Assembly (NCBI RefSeq): GCF_036321535.1 | Contig: NC_087437.1 | Span: 72,728,001-72,792,000, forward strand | From: Camelus dromedarius | Lineage: Eukaryota | Reading direction: 5' to 3' | DNA: 64,000 bases | Part shown: positions 28,300 through 41,905 of the stretch, in pieces | How positions within the stretch are numbered: the stretch's first letter is position 1 | Layout: the number at the start of each line of letters is the position of its first letter | Translations under genes and position numbers: made by a program | Notes under the pieces: model-generated | The model's database searches: none | What the model was told of the DNA's origin: nothing | The model's input: the letters and a program-made list of their open reading frames with translations, nothing else

Positions 28300-29000
28300 A
28301 CTTCACGCAGGGGAGGCCGGGAGAGAACAGGATCCTTCGACTGCAGAGTAACTCCATCAACCGCCCCGCTTGTCCAGGATACCCCAGGGCCCGGCAGAGC
28401 TCTCCTCACAGCCTTCACAGAACTGTCGAAAGCGCTTAGAACTGGGGTACCGAGAACCTGAGAACAGCATTTCCGAATGTGGCGCCAAAAGCGAATGGGA
28501 CAGGAACTGACAGAACTAGGGATGCTCGAAAGAACACGTCCTACACCAGACATTCGGACACTGACCTGGGAGCCACCGTGGCGCCCGCTCGGGCTTCCGT
28601 GCAAGCAACGCGCCGAGACCACGGTGGACACCGAAGGAGACGGCCGCCCAGCCCCACCTGCGATAAGGTTCCCAAGCCGCCACAGCGGCCTTGCCCAGCC
28701 CCGCCATCTTCCCAGCGGTCCTTTCGCCCCGCGCCGACCTACGGAAACGCGCACAGCGCTCAGGAACCGAGGCTGCGCATGCGCCCCCGGCTGGAAGGCG
28801 GAACTTGGTAAACAGCGCCTGTACGATTTTCACCACCCGGAGGGCGCACATGCGCAGAGCGTCCTCGCTCCTCCCAGCCTTTCGCTATTGGGCTGTTCGG
28901 CTGTGGAGGTTTTGACTATGACAGTTTGGAACGTTTTGAACGTCTCGGTAGGCTGCTTTCTCGGTGGGTAAACACTCCAGGATTGGAAGCGCGGAGAGCA
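28300..29000 (-). promoter_or_regulatory. ABHD10: ABHD10 CpG-island promoter with NRF1 and YY1 motifs
   Basis: High CpG density; TGCGCATGCGC at 28774-28784; NRF1-like CACATGCGCA at 28847-28856; CCGCCATCTT (YY1) at 28701-28710 overlapping the ATG. Confidence 0.85.
28566..28707 (-). CDS. ABHD10: ABHD10 exon 1 (142 nt coding; Arg/Ala-rich mitochondrial presequence-like)
   Basis: AAGATGG start; MAGLGKAAVAAWEPYRRWGWAAVSFGVHRGLGALLARKPERAPRWLP; donor CCAG|GTCAG; inside a CpG island. Confidence 0.93.
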
Positions 29001-31176
29001 ATCCTATCCACTGTTCCAGGAAACCATCCCATCATCCCAAGGACACTAAGGAGTGGAAACATAAAATGCTAGTCTCGCTGCGTTACAAGTCGTTCTCATC
29101 CCTGACAGTTTTGACTGGTACCGGAAATGGTTCCAAGATTTGACCTGAAACCTGCTTGTGTAAATACTTGGAGTTGAATCGAACATTCGCCGCTCTTTCG
29201 CCCCATTTCAGTTTGTTTTTGTTCTAGCTATTTGTATGCCGGACTGCTGAACTATTGAACTCTGACTCCTGCTTCATAACTGTATGCAAAAATAAATGCC
29301 AGTAGATAAAACGATCTCAACGAAAGAATAAAACTGAAAGGATTAAATACACTTTAGGAGAAAAATTTATAGTTCAGGGATAGAAGTGACTTTTCTTAAG
29401 CAAGATTTGAAATCCCAAAATCATAACGAATAAAAATGTATACGAATTTAATTTTTGGCAAAAAAAGGCACCTTGAGTCAAATGAGTCTATAAAAATTGC
29501 TTTTACCGCATAGATATCAGAACATTAATACTTCTCTTCAGTTAGAAATAAAAAAAATGTAATTCCAATAAAATTGGCCAGCAGCTGTGAATAGGCAGTT
29601 CATATATGTAAACATAGTGATCAACCTCACTAATTGAAAAATGAATTAAAAAATGCCTTTTCCTACCCATCAGATTGGCAGAGGTTAAAAAGAGCAACTA
29701 TTGGCAAGGATGCTTGGAAACTGTCACTCATGTATGGTTGGTGGGAGGGTAAACTGCTAAACTCTTTGGACAAGTGATCTGACCACACCTATGACAATAT
29801 AAAATATGCAGCATTTTCAATACTGTTTGACCCAGTGGCTCCAATTAGTGCCTGTCCTGCAGAAAAAAATACTAGTTCATAAGGATGCGTGTTATCTACT
29901 ATAGCACCATTTTTAAGAGGCAAACAGAAAAAAAAAAGGAATGGACAATTAAAAAGATGGTTGAATAAATTCAGTACAAGGATTTCTAGATTCTAGCTCT
30001 TAAATCCTTCAAGGCAATTTCTGGGGGCCTCAAGCATCAACAAAGAAGGCCTTACCTAGTTTTTTTTCTTTCTTTCTATTTAAAAGTTACTGTGGCTGGT
30101 TTAATACTTGGAGTGAAAGCCACTTTACTATCTTGGTCATAAGTTTTGGAGCAATGACTGGTGCTAGAGTTAAAGGCAAAGGCTGGGTACAGTGAATCCA
30201 GCCACTCTGGAGTCTTGAGAACCTGTCCTATTAAAACACAGAGAAAGTTGGATAAATAAAAACTCCATGGATCTCTTAAGAGGTGTAATGCCAGAAACAG
30301 AGCAAGGACAGCTGCTTGATTTTAGCAGCTTTCTCCAAAACTTACTGAGCTATTTTGCCAGCTCACCATTAAAAGCCTGTTGAAGACTCCAAAGGGACTA
30401 AATCACGAAGGTGATGCCCAATACACATCACTAAACCATCCTTTATATCTTAATAATAAACACTTCTTCCTATGGTTTTGGATAATTTCAAGTATTCTCA
30501 GTCATTCCTGTTCCTATTCTCTCCCTTTATTTTTGCAGGTATTCTTACATTTTATAGGCAACAAAACAAACAAAAAGCTGACTTGTCCTCAGAGTGGGAA
30601 AAACATGGCACAAAAAAAACAGGGAAACTCATGGATTATTTTCTCTATCCACCTTCATCAGTGTAAGAAATCAGGAAAAACTGTGGCTAGTGTCAAGTGA
30701 AGATGCTTTTACTGACAGTCATGGGCTTGAAGTAGACAAATTTATTTCCTACTGTCAATATTGCCTTCATTAACAGGTTTGAAAGACATGTTGTTGAAGG
30801 CAGTTTTTCTGAAATCTGCTGCCTTAGTTCAGAAAGACAAATGATATCCCCACCAAGTAAAGCCCTAGAGCTTTAACTTCACACCAGCGTGATTTTTTCC
30901 CCCGTCAGATGGAAGGACATGTAGACACAGTCCTTCAGTCCCCAGTAATAATTGCATCTGTGCAAAGGGACAATAAGATGTCAGATTTTTCAGGGGTTAC
31001 TTCCTTTTGTTATCAACAGGAACGTGACCAGAGATGCTTCTGATTACTTCTGTTTATAAAGTAAAAGTCATAACGTTGGCACACAACAACCTTTATGTAA
31101 ATTCTGTAATTGACTTTTGCTGATTACGCCATCCCCTGTCATGTTACCAATAGGTAACTTCCTGATGAGAGATGCG

Positions 31177-31182
31177 TTTATT
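31177..31182 (-). terminator. Candidate PHLDB2 polyadenylation signal
   Basis: Minus-strand AATAAA about 1.7 kb after the stop, at the end of an AT-rich tract with no recognisable repeats; another AATAAA at 31644-31639. Confidence 0.55.
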
Positions 31183-32890
31183 TGCAAATGGGAAATCTGG
31201 TCAACATTTTAATCCAAACTCAACATATTTTAACACACATATTTAAAAGGTTTACTACATCATGCAAGATATAAAGTTGATTAGAGTATCTTTACAATCC
31301 TTTGAAGAAAGTAAAGTACAGTTCAGAAAAGTTGTATGTTTACATTAACCAATAAAATTTTAGCAAATGTATTTCACTCTCTTAGATCATTACAGGGTTT
31401 GGGGGATCTCTGAAAAAAAAAAACAGATGATAAAGATGTCTTCTGTGATTTTGTCTTTCACTGTTCAAGTAAAATCATGTGTCATCCAGTTGCAAAATCT
31501 TATTATTGGCAACATGTATACAAACCACTGCAAATTGAAAAAAAAACTCTACTCCGTCAGGCCTGACGATTTTACAGACACTTCTAATTTACTCGTTTCA
31601 CTTGTACTAGCAAGTAACATCATTATTCTCTACTTCTATTTATTAGGTAAGTTTTAGGAGAGAGTACATTCATACTTACAAACACACAGCATGACAAACC
31701 AGGATAAATGGCATTTAAGAACCATTACAAAAGAGACTTGCCTGAAGTCATTTCATTCAACAAAAATTAATTTAACTCTAAAAAAAGGCTAATCATAAGG
31801 AAAAACATAATAAAATAGTACATTACAGAGAACATTAAGTTGAACTTCATTTGCCTTTTAATGGAACTACAATACTTCCGTAAATAAGTATTTTAATTGG
31901 TCTGTTCTTTGGTGAAAACAGAGCTCTGATTTCATGGTTATGTCATCTGAGGCTGCAATTGACAATGTGTACTCCACAACAGAGAAATCAGACAATCTAA
32001 AGGAAATAGGCTACTGGTTGCCTTTATTCTCAGCACTGGGAATGGAGAACGTCTCAGCAAAACAAGCTCCAAAATATTCTCTTTATTTTAAATTGCCCAA
32101 TGTGACAGAATGTCTAAGACCACTTCTTTTCCTAAAACACATGGCTTTTTATTCTTTCTTCTTTTACAAAAAGTGGTTTGCTACGTATGTACAGCAACTT
32201 ATGCTGTTGGCAACTCTTCAAAGTCAACTTCTTGGGCACTTGTTGGCGTCAAAGTACTATTAAAAAATGTAGAGTAACACGAAATGCAGTTCATCACTTG
32301 AAACTACTACTGTTAGACAGAAGTCATGCCAAGTCTTTGGTTTTGGTGTAGTACTTAGAAATTAGGACAAAACTCCTCTTACAACATATTCCCCATCAAG
32401 CCCTTTGCTTATATTTATAAAATAACCTTCAGCAAAATGCTCCTTAAAAAAAAAAGCCAGTTGATTAGATTACCAATAATGTCAATGCCAATGATTTGGG
32501 TGCTAAGACAATTTCATATTTCCAAGTACATACAGACATTTTGTAAACAGTTTAGTTTATTTCACCAAAATCAACAACTGATAAAAAATAGTTTGTAAGA
32601 AATGTTCCTACAAGTGATGCTATTTACCAAAATAGTTTTCTTTCTCGTAGGTGCTTCAATTCTTTTGCTTTTTATGATCAAGCTTTGAATTATTTATGGT
32701 CAAGCTTTGAATTAAAAGCCCCTTCTTTCTCATTTATAAATGAAAACTTCCTGTGAATATGAAAGCAGTTCTGAGTATACACAGTTAAAGGGATGGGTCT
32801 GTTGGGTCATTCCACCTGGGACTGAGTATGGCTTCATTCTTGTAAGAGATTATTGCAGTCTGCCCTGAAGTGGACTGTTGGGCCAGTTCA

Positions 32891-33031
<141 letters not shown>

Positions 33032-33626
33032 CTAAAAATTAAAAAAAGGAAAATAATGTAAAACATCTTGAAATGATACCATTAAATACAACACAGAGAT
33101 ACGTGAGGGCTTCTTCCTCATTAAAAGTTCCAATTTATAGAAATCTACATAGCTATTACTTTTGCTCTAATACAACCTTTCTCAAGATTGGCTATCTTTC
33201 TGGCCTTTCTGCACAAGAACTCTCACAAAGAGCTCACCAATTTTCTTAGCAGCTATTTTATAAAGCTCTAGCAGGGTACCTAGCTGCTTGTGGGCGCTCC
33301 ATAAATAGCTCAATAAATTGTTCATCTTTGCTTTACTAAGACATTTCCTCATGATCCTTCTCATAGCTAGGTAGTAGCTCCTTCTTAGGACCCTAGTAAA
33401 GAGTTACTTGGCAGGGTCTTCTAAATCAATATATCCAGAATACTTCCTCATTTTGTCGTGACTTTTTTTTTAACAAAAAGATTAGCTGCACTAATTACTT
33501 GTATGTTTACTTTTTCAACACTATTCTGACCATATCTGTTATGTCAGAAAGACAAATCTAAATTGCTTAGAATTCAAAAAACATCTTCTCCCTAACTTAG
33601 TTATGCATTCACATTGCAGAAATCTA

Positions 33627-33746
<120 letters not shown>

Positions 33747-36465
33747 TTAAAACAAATACTGTATCACCACTAATGGTCAGAAAAAATAATTTCATTACAA
33801 TTATCATCATTAAAATATTTATCTAGTATTTAAAATATCTAAGATTAATTCAGATAATAGAGGTTATGCATTAGCCCCATCCTATATTGCAAAAAAAAAA
33901 AAAAAAAAGAAAGAAAGAAAGAAACAAGGTTAGAATTATCAGGCCCAAATGAAAATGACTGAGTGACTTTGCCCAAGGCTCTTCACCAAATTAGCAGTCA
34001 GAATTTACCCAGAACTACTGAGTGTCAGGTTAGCACACAAAGTGTAAACACTACTGACATCAATACAAACGATTTCCCCACATTCTCCAAGACAGTGGTT
34101 GTAATGCAAGTATTAATATGTAGACCTGCTGTAGTGAAATTTGTAACGAGTGCATTTTTTGACTTTAAAATTATGTTCTGCTTATATTTCTTTCCTATCA
34201 AATCTCTTGTCTAGCATGCCTGATTTTTTATCTTGTTCCCAACAGAGCTTCACATCAATAATTTAATGTCCTTTCAGTGCAGTGTTTTCCAAACTGTTTC
34301 CAAAGATTTCGGACTTGCCATAAAGGCAAAGAAACTGTAAAACAAAACAAAAACAAACGACCAAACCACCCACCAAACAAACAGCATCACTCTGTGATGA
34401 CTAATAAGAATAATAACTTCTTGAAATATTTTATCATTTAAACTCTGCAGGGATCATAACGCATGCAAGTGTATCAAAGAATCTCCAAATCATGGTTGAG
34501 GATGCAGAGGAAGCGACTCTGCCATATCCTGTTGATGGAAATGCAAATAAGAAAGCCTCTTTTGGATGGCAATTTGGTAAAACATACACAATGAAAAATG
34601 CCCAAATCTTACTCAGTAATTCTGCTTCCAAAACTGTATTGTGTAAGAGCTACTGAGGCATGTGCACGTGGATTTGTGTTTGTGATGGCATAAGGCTGCA
34701 AAAGGTCTGCTGCAGCTTTAATAGGGAACTGATTCAATTACAGACCAGCCTTACAACGGACTCCACACAACCACTGAAAAGACTGAGGTAAATCTACATG
34801 TACTCATTAGAGAAAGTCTTGAAATACTGTTACGTGACGAAAAGTAGAAACAGAGTGAATAATTTGGTCCCAACTGTACTGAAGAAGAAAGAATACCTAT
34901 TCATACTGAAAAATATATGAAAAAGAGCAGAGAAAATCTGAAAGGATATTTCAGGTCTATCAGTATTAGAGAAGGTCAGAACTTCTGTGATTGGAAAGAG
35001 ACTCCTTTCATTATACAGACTTAGTTTATGTTGAAGTTTTTACTACAGTGAATGTCCTTTTCCCCCAATAACAATAATAAAAAGCTAGATTGAAAAATAA
35101 CAGCCTTGAGGATTCAGTAGAAAATAAATCTGTTTAATTGCATTTAACTCAGCATTTCCTTAACTTATTTGAACATGGACCATATTTTTGTGTTTGTCTT
35201 TGCTCTTCCTGGGGAAACACTGTTTTAATTAATACCATGCTCTGTGGGTTTCCACCAGTTTCTGTGAAAGAGAAAGTCTGTGTATCTCTCAAACATTTGC
35301 TGTAAAAGATCTTCCAATAGTTCATGGGAAAACGATAATACTTTATTTTCTGAAAACAAGTGTGAAATAAAATCTGGAGGTAAAAGTAAACCTTGTCAGT
35401 GTTTCAAAGCAGGCAGAAAATTGAGCAATAAAACTTTTGTCTGTAGGGCACTTCATATATGAGAAAGAATCTGAAAAACACAGGCCTCCCAGCACACTGT
35501 GAACTCAGAGTCAATAATACTATTGCAAATTGATGAGATAATGCTAACCATTCCGTCTCAGTAGTATTATCCTACCAATTTACCGACACACTTTCTGTGC
35601 CTTAGTTTACAGCTCTTCTAAAGTTACCCAGTTAATATTCGGGAGGCCAAGCACAGAGGCCGGGGCACGATCCACATGGAGACCTATGACTGTAGCTCTC
35701 AACACTCACGTCTGCTGCCCTTCACGCCTACCAGGGCCATTCACCTTGCTGACAGGCTGAAGGGGCGTGGTGCCTGTGGGGTCAAGTCCAGCCTGAACCA
35801 CCGTCTGTACAACCCTCCTGTGGGCTGGTCTCGCCCTGTGCTTGGTGGTGTCTGGGAAAGAGCAGGGGTGGGAAGGGCGGGAGCAGACAAAGCTGAGGAT
35901 GGCTGTAAACAGAGCCACATGAGCAGTGTCTGTTATATAACATGTTAATATTAACAAGCTGAGTTAAATATAATTTTTGTCTGTTTTGTGTATTAGGGTT
36001 CTGAGTAATCATTCATATATCAAAAAGATTTTTATATTAAAAAAAAATTGAAAACCAGTCACCACGAAGTTTAAATCTGGAAAAATATATTTACTTGGGT
36101 CAGAAGGAGCACTGAACCTTTCACTGGCTGACAGATGAAAGTATGAAATGAGGTTCCCAGAGAAGAGGAGCAGACAAGAGTGAGGCTGTTTTGTCTGAGT
36201 TATTCTAAAATTTTATTTTTGGAAAATTCTGGGTGAGGTTGTCTGTGGAGACTAGCACACAGCAGTTTTATTTACACATTTTGCAGACACTAAATTGGTG
36301 TTCCTTATTACATAGGCATCTTTTCTGTTGTACTAACTGAAGAGACTGTCTCTGGATTCTTTTTTTAATATCAAAGTGTATATGCATTTGTACTTTATTT
36401 TTAATTGACGTATAGTTGATTTACAACGTTGTATTAGTTTCTGGTGTGTAGCATAGTGATTCAGT

Positions 36466-36468
<3 letters not shown>

Positions 36469-36497
<29 letters not shown>
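36469..36497. repeat. (CA)n microsatellite inside an L1 tail
   Basis: Pure AC run of about 29 nt. Confidence 0.9.
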
Positions 36498-36501
<4 letters not shown>

Positions 36502-37630
36502 TATATGTACATACACATATTCTTTTTCATTACAGGCTACTACAAACTGTCTCTGGATTCTTATAAAACCCAAGGCCAGAAAGCCCGAGAGGCAACCTGT
36601 GAGGGTTATTAGACCACTTAACTCAGGCCACTCGCCCTTGCAGCAACTGGAACCCTGCCCAAGGAGCCCCTAACTGAACGGCATGCACCCCCTACCCTCT
36701 CCTCACCCCCATTCTGGGGCTCATCGCTAGTGTTTCCTTTCTTCCACGTGCTTCTTGGTTTCTCACTCTTCTCTTCCTAAACATGCCCTGACCTCACACT
36801 ACGATTAAATGACTGGACTATCCTTTTTAATTTATTGTGCTAATACACTTTATGACAATTCTATACAATGCTCATCAATGCTGGCACCGTCACCCCAAGG
36901 CAGGGGCTCTCTGAAGCCTGGCACGATACTGCTTACGCAGCAGTTGGAAAGGGAGCAGAGCTATACTTGTGCTGATCACAGACATATTTCAGATGTGAGC
37001 TCAGAGTTAATAAGGGGCTTCTTAATAAGTACACCAGTTACACAAATATTCCTGCATTTATAGAAGATTCATCAGGGTATGGTTCTCATACTCCCTCATT
37101 TAAAGAATCTAAAAATATTCCAGTCACTTAATACACACTTACTTACCCACTAGTTCACTGATGGGCTTTACTCTCTGGGCTTAAATGACCACTCTAGTTT
37201 ATAAACTACAGCTAAATGACTGTCAGCCAAGCTGCTAATTGTGTGTGACTTAAACAGGGCATTGACTGTAAGAAAATAGATAGAAACCTTTTTTCCTCCC
37301 TGGTCTTGTGGTTTAAAAGACAATATTTTGGGCTAAAAAAATTAAATTCAATTTAATATTTATTTGGAATTGAGCTTATTTCAGAACTAGAATAAACAAA
37401 CTCACACTGTTTAAATAAAGTAGGTTTTGTCATTTCTAGGGAGGAAAATCATATCATGTGGGCCATATAATCTGGATATAAAATTATACACATCTACCAA
37501 GCTAATACTGCCATTAGTCTTATTATTTACCACTCTACTTATTGATGCTGAATTTGACTGCCGTCGTCCCTAAGCAGAGAGTGATTCAGTTCCTCCTTTG
37601 GATATATCACTCAGACTTTTTATCACCCAC

Positions 37631-37850
37631 CTGCATAGTAAGAGAAGGTGCGCTTGTTCCGATCAAACACAAACCAACGTTTCTTCCAAGTTTTAATTTT
37701 TCCACCCATTTTGATGAGGAATCCTCTGCAGGTCTTCTCTGTGATTGACACGTGATAGCAGGTATCAATATTGTGGCCAGCAGTCTCCACGTGGCTCCGC
37801 AAATCAAAGTCTTCCTTCCGAATGGGCAGATAGCGGGTCAAAGGTCGAGC
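37631..37850 (-). CDS. PHLDB2: PHLDB2 exon (220 nt), start of the PH domain
   Basis: ttccag|GCT...GCAG|GTGGG; ARPLTRYLPIRKEDFDLR...CRGFLIKMGGKIKTWKKRWFVFDRNKRTFSYYA, with the K-Xn-K-X-R phosphoinositide-binding signature. Confidence 0.98.
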
Positions 37851-39706
37851 CTGGAAAAGCACAAGCCCATCTCATCCACAGCTCGTCACTTGTTTTGTTT
37901 CAGGTCACAGATGTTTAGAAGTGAAAATGGACTTAAAAGCCAAGGTGTTAAAATGCCCACGTGATAATCATAACTTAAGATTAACATTGTCATTTGGAAT
38001 CTGAAAAGTGGACAGCATTTTAAGAATGCTACAGGATAGGGGAAGAAAATGTGGATAAACTCAGGCCAACAGATTCTATTCCTTAAAATGGCCAGATGAG
38101 AAAAGGAAACATGCCATTTATTTTAGCTTTAAGAGAGGCACTTATCACTTAAAAGCACTGGGAAATGAAGCATGAAGTTATCTGGGCTGCTGCTTCCAGA
38201 TGAGGGTACAGTTTCCAGGAGCTCTCCCTGCCACAAGTTAACAGTAGTTCTCCTTAAATAACCTCACACATGACACAATTCACTGAACATTATTTAGTAA
38301 GTACAACCCCCATCAGATCCCCAAGTATGTATGTACGTGGCAGCCTGCATACACTGATAGAAACTGAAAGCAGAGACGTATGTTTTGAAAAGCAAAGCTG
38401 AAATAAGGGAAGAAGTGGAATCAAAGCTGTACCCAATGAGCTGTCCAGGACCAGACACGGAAGAGGGGTACAAAGATGTCTTTTGTTTTACTCTGGCTGG
38501 AGCAGGGGTTCACCTAACCTAGGGAGTACCTATCGCCACGGGTAATATTTCTAAAATGGCCTTTTTATTTTATTCTGTTACATTATCTCACCCCTTTGCC
38601 CTGGGGAAAAATATCGTAATCATATCTTGGAAACAAAACTTAGAATTAGAATTAAAATAGAACTTGTGCCTTTTGGTTTGGCCTCAGATACCAAATGGGC
38701 ACAGATGACCTTTACTGCAAATCAAAATCTGACAGAGGTTTGGCATAATGAGATAAAACGAGTAAGTTTTACTTTGTATTTTTCCTTTATTTTGCCTTTG
38801 ATTCTATGGCACTTTGACTCTAGACAGATGTCATGGATTTACTGATACCTCAAAGCACACAAAGTCTTAAGGAGAGTCTCTCTCTGCTGTACCGATCAAA
38901 CTGCCAGCAACCGTAAGGAAAAGGGGCATTGGTACCTTTTACCTTTGAGTCTAGTAAACCTTGGTAATATGATTTGAATTTGAATTTGAAATTACATGGT
39001 TCTTAGCAAAGCTTTATCTCAGTTTCTCAGAGAACATACATTATGTTAGCAGTTCTAGTGATAAGAACAGAGATTCAAACTGGACTATGATTGAGATGGG
39101 AAGTTAAACAAAGTGGCTGGTCTTCCTGACTTTTGCTTGAGTCCAGGAATCCTGTGCACATGTCTGTGGACTGGTGCAGCAAAGGGGACACATGTGACAA
39201 CACAGAGATTAGAAGGAAAAAAAAAACCCAAAGCATGAATGCGACCTCCAAGAAACCAGGCTGGTAAAAGGATCCCATTCTGGAGTGCTTGTTCCTGAAA
39301 GATGGCTTAATAGAATCTTTTCTCTCTCAGCTAAAACAAATACAACACCCAACTTGGTCTGGGTGTTGTGTTTGCTTTCAGTAATGAATCTAGCTGCATT
39401 TTCAAAGCTGGTCAAAACACATTCTCCTTTTAAACATACACCCCAAAATGGGTAGAAGCAAAAATGCCCCTCCCATCAAAAGGTTCCACATAACTAAAGA
39501 AAAATGTCATTTTGTTAGTACTTCCCAAGGAGTTTTGAAATAAACATACATTTTTTTGCCCACTAATGCACATCTTTCTCTCACCCATTCCAAGTCAAGG
39601 GCTAATAGTCAGCACAGCCAGAGGCATCCTCAAAACACAGCATGACCGTCTTCTACAGAACGACCACCAGGGGGCAACCTACTCCAATCCATCCAGATTG
39701 ACCTAC

Positions 39707-39853
39707 CTGTGCCCTTTGTTTCTCCCTAATTTTTACTTCCTTTTCAATTAACTTCTGCCTCTGGCTAGTTTCTTCCTGCAATCGTTTTTCCAGGAGTTCT
39801 CGGCGTCGTTTTTCTTCTTCCAGAGCTCGCTTCTTGGCTTCCATTTCGCGTTC
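39707..39853 (-). CDS. PHLDB2: PHLDB2 coiled-coil exon (147 nt)
   Basis: tttag|GAA...CAG|GTAGG; EREMEAKKRALEEEKRRRELLEKRLQEETSQRQKLIEKEVKIREKQRAQ. Confidence 0.97.
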
Positions 39854-40220
39854 CTAAATATCATTTTGCAGAACGAATTTTCAGACATACTGGTTACATA
39901 CCTGAATGATTCCAACTAATATATACAGAAAAATAATTCTCACTAGACAATTCCTGGCTTTAGAGCCTAAGCTCTTACATTATAGAACCAAGATTAAAAT
40001 ACCCGTAATCACCTCTCACATAGCTCCCAAAGTCATCCAATGTAGAAATGCAGACCCTACACTTAACTAACAATTGAATATTAAGTGAAAACCCAGCTTG
40101 TGACTATATTCAGTCATTTCATACTAATGACCACAACTCTCCCATTTTTAATTTTAAAAAGCCTCGCTAATTGTGACCCAACACTAGTCATGACATTTAG
40201 CCTTTCTTTTGATGGCTGTC

Positions 40221-40314
40221 TTTTTTTTCTTTTTCCAATGGAGGTACTAGGGATGGAACCCAGGACCTCATGCACACTAAGCAGGCATGCTACCACTGAG
40301 CTACACCCGCCCCC
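40221..40314 (-). mobile_element. tRNA-derived SINE (Vic-1-like), short tail
   Basis: ggaggtactagggatggaacccaggacctcatgcacactaagcaggcatgctaccactgagctacacccgcccc, homologous to the other two copies. Confidence 0.8.
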
Positions 40315-40897
40315 ACGATGGCCATGTTCTAACTGAAGGCCATGGGTCCTTCCAATTCCTGTTGTTGCTCTGTGGCTTCCTGACTGAAGGCTGCAGAGGA
40401 AGCACACAGGGAAGTTAGAAGAGGAAAGGAGGTGCCCTTTCAGGCAGGATGCACAGGCATTTGGGGGGATTCCTAAGGAAGTTCAGTTGCTGGCCTGAAA
40501 TACAGTCACAATGACATGGGATTTTAATATTGCAATAGTGTAGTTACTGCAAGCTGACAAGGCAGGGAGGATGCAGAGAGACACAACATTCCTCCTACCC
40601 CTTGGCAGGCAAAAAAGTGGCCACTGGAGGGAAGATACCACACAAAACACTCATTTCAGTTTCTGTCCACACTACATGTATTTCACACTATGAGAAATGG
40701 TAGTGCGGTAAAGAGCCTCAGACATCATCCCTCCAACCCCCTTACTTTACAGATGAGAAAATGAGGCCAAGAAAGGTTGAGTGACTCCTCCAAGATCACA
40801 CTGCTTATCGAGGCCTGAGGGCAGTTCCCCAATGTCAAGTGCAGGGTATCCTGAACCACCACATCACCGGCCCCTGGCACACAGACATCAGGCCTAC

Positions 40898-40988
40898 CCT
40901 GGATTCAAGCAGCCTGGTCTTCTCCGCATGAGCCTGCTTCAGAAGTCTCTCCATTTCTTCTATCCGGGCAATATTCGAAGTGCTGGCA
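40898..40988 (-). CDS. PHLDB2: PHLDB2 internal exon (91 nt)
   Basis: ttcttcag|T GCC...AGG|GTAGG; ASTSNIARIEEMERLLKQAHAEKTRLLESR. Confidence 0.95.
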
Positions 40989-41851
40989 CTGAAGAAAACA
41001 AAAGCCTTTTAAGGATATAGCTTCTGACTGTTGTCTCTTCACACACACAGGTCCAGAAAGGTGTATGACAAAATCCAACACAATTTGAAGGATGTTACTT
41101 ACAAGAATCACTGGTCTGAGGAGGCGAGTCAATTCAGCTCTGAAAACTGTAGGTGAATCTAACTTAAGTCAGCTTAGGCAACAAAAATACAGGCGAGGGA
41201 AATAACACCAAGTAAAGTGCTTTACTCATGAATAAACAAAAGCCAAACTTTATAAAGTGTGTTCTCAAAATGTTTCCTCCAACGCCTGAAAGTTTTTGGC
41301 CCAAGGGAGGCTTTCCCATTAGTTTAATTATTCAGAGATGCCCAGACCCAACTAAATCACCACCAAAGTTCTTTGTCGATGGTCCCTAAATTTGGAAGTC
41401 ACTTTATTTGGTTTGGGAACAGGAGTCACCAGCTGCTTTTTCACTGAATCTTTATGCATGTGGACATTTTATTTCCTGAATGTTTTTTTTTTCAAAATGG
41501 CAATGTATGTTTTATCGCAAAACTAAAATATGCTCATTTTTAGTAATGCATAAAAACATAACACACAAAAATCAAAGTACCAGTAATCTTATCTTTCAGA
41601 GCTAACTTCTCAGCAGTTTTTCTGTATGTCTGTTTACACCTATGAAATTTACTTCAGAAAACGGGATCAGACTATATAACCCTCTAATCTGCCCTTTTTA
41701 CATTAAAAACATAATTTGAGTACTTTCATGTCATTAAATATAAATATAAATGTCTATTTAATGGTGATTTAAAATGGCCAATTAAAAAATGACTTCTCCT
41801 ACAGGTGCATGAGGAGGGTGGTGGCCAGTTTTGCCAGTTAAGCCCACTCAC

Positions 41852-41905
41852 CATGCCAGTGAAGAAACTGCATTCAGGGATCCAAAGGCTTTAAGAGAAA
41901 TGCAC
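41852..41905 (-). CDS. PHLDB2: Putative PHLDB2 54-nt cassette exon
   Basis: tctttctcaag|GTGC...GCATG|GTGAGT; phase 2-2; reads RCISLKAFGSLNAVSSLAC into the next exon. Confidence 0.5.

Noticed and set aside
28708..28851. In-frame upstream ATG giving a 48-aa N-terminal extension of ABHD10
   Set aside because: The ATG lies inside an NRF1-like promoter motif, probably upstream of the TSS; the 28707 ATG gives the expected 306 aa.
39209..39415. Acceptor-like site after exon 39707 (would give LREKRFY-stop)
   Set aside because: No supporting donor or nearby poly(A) signal identified.
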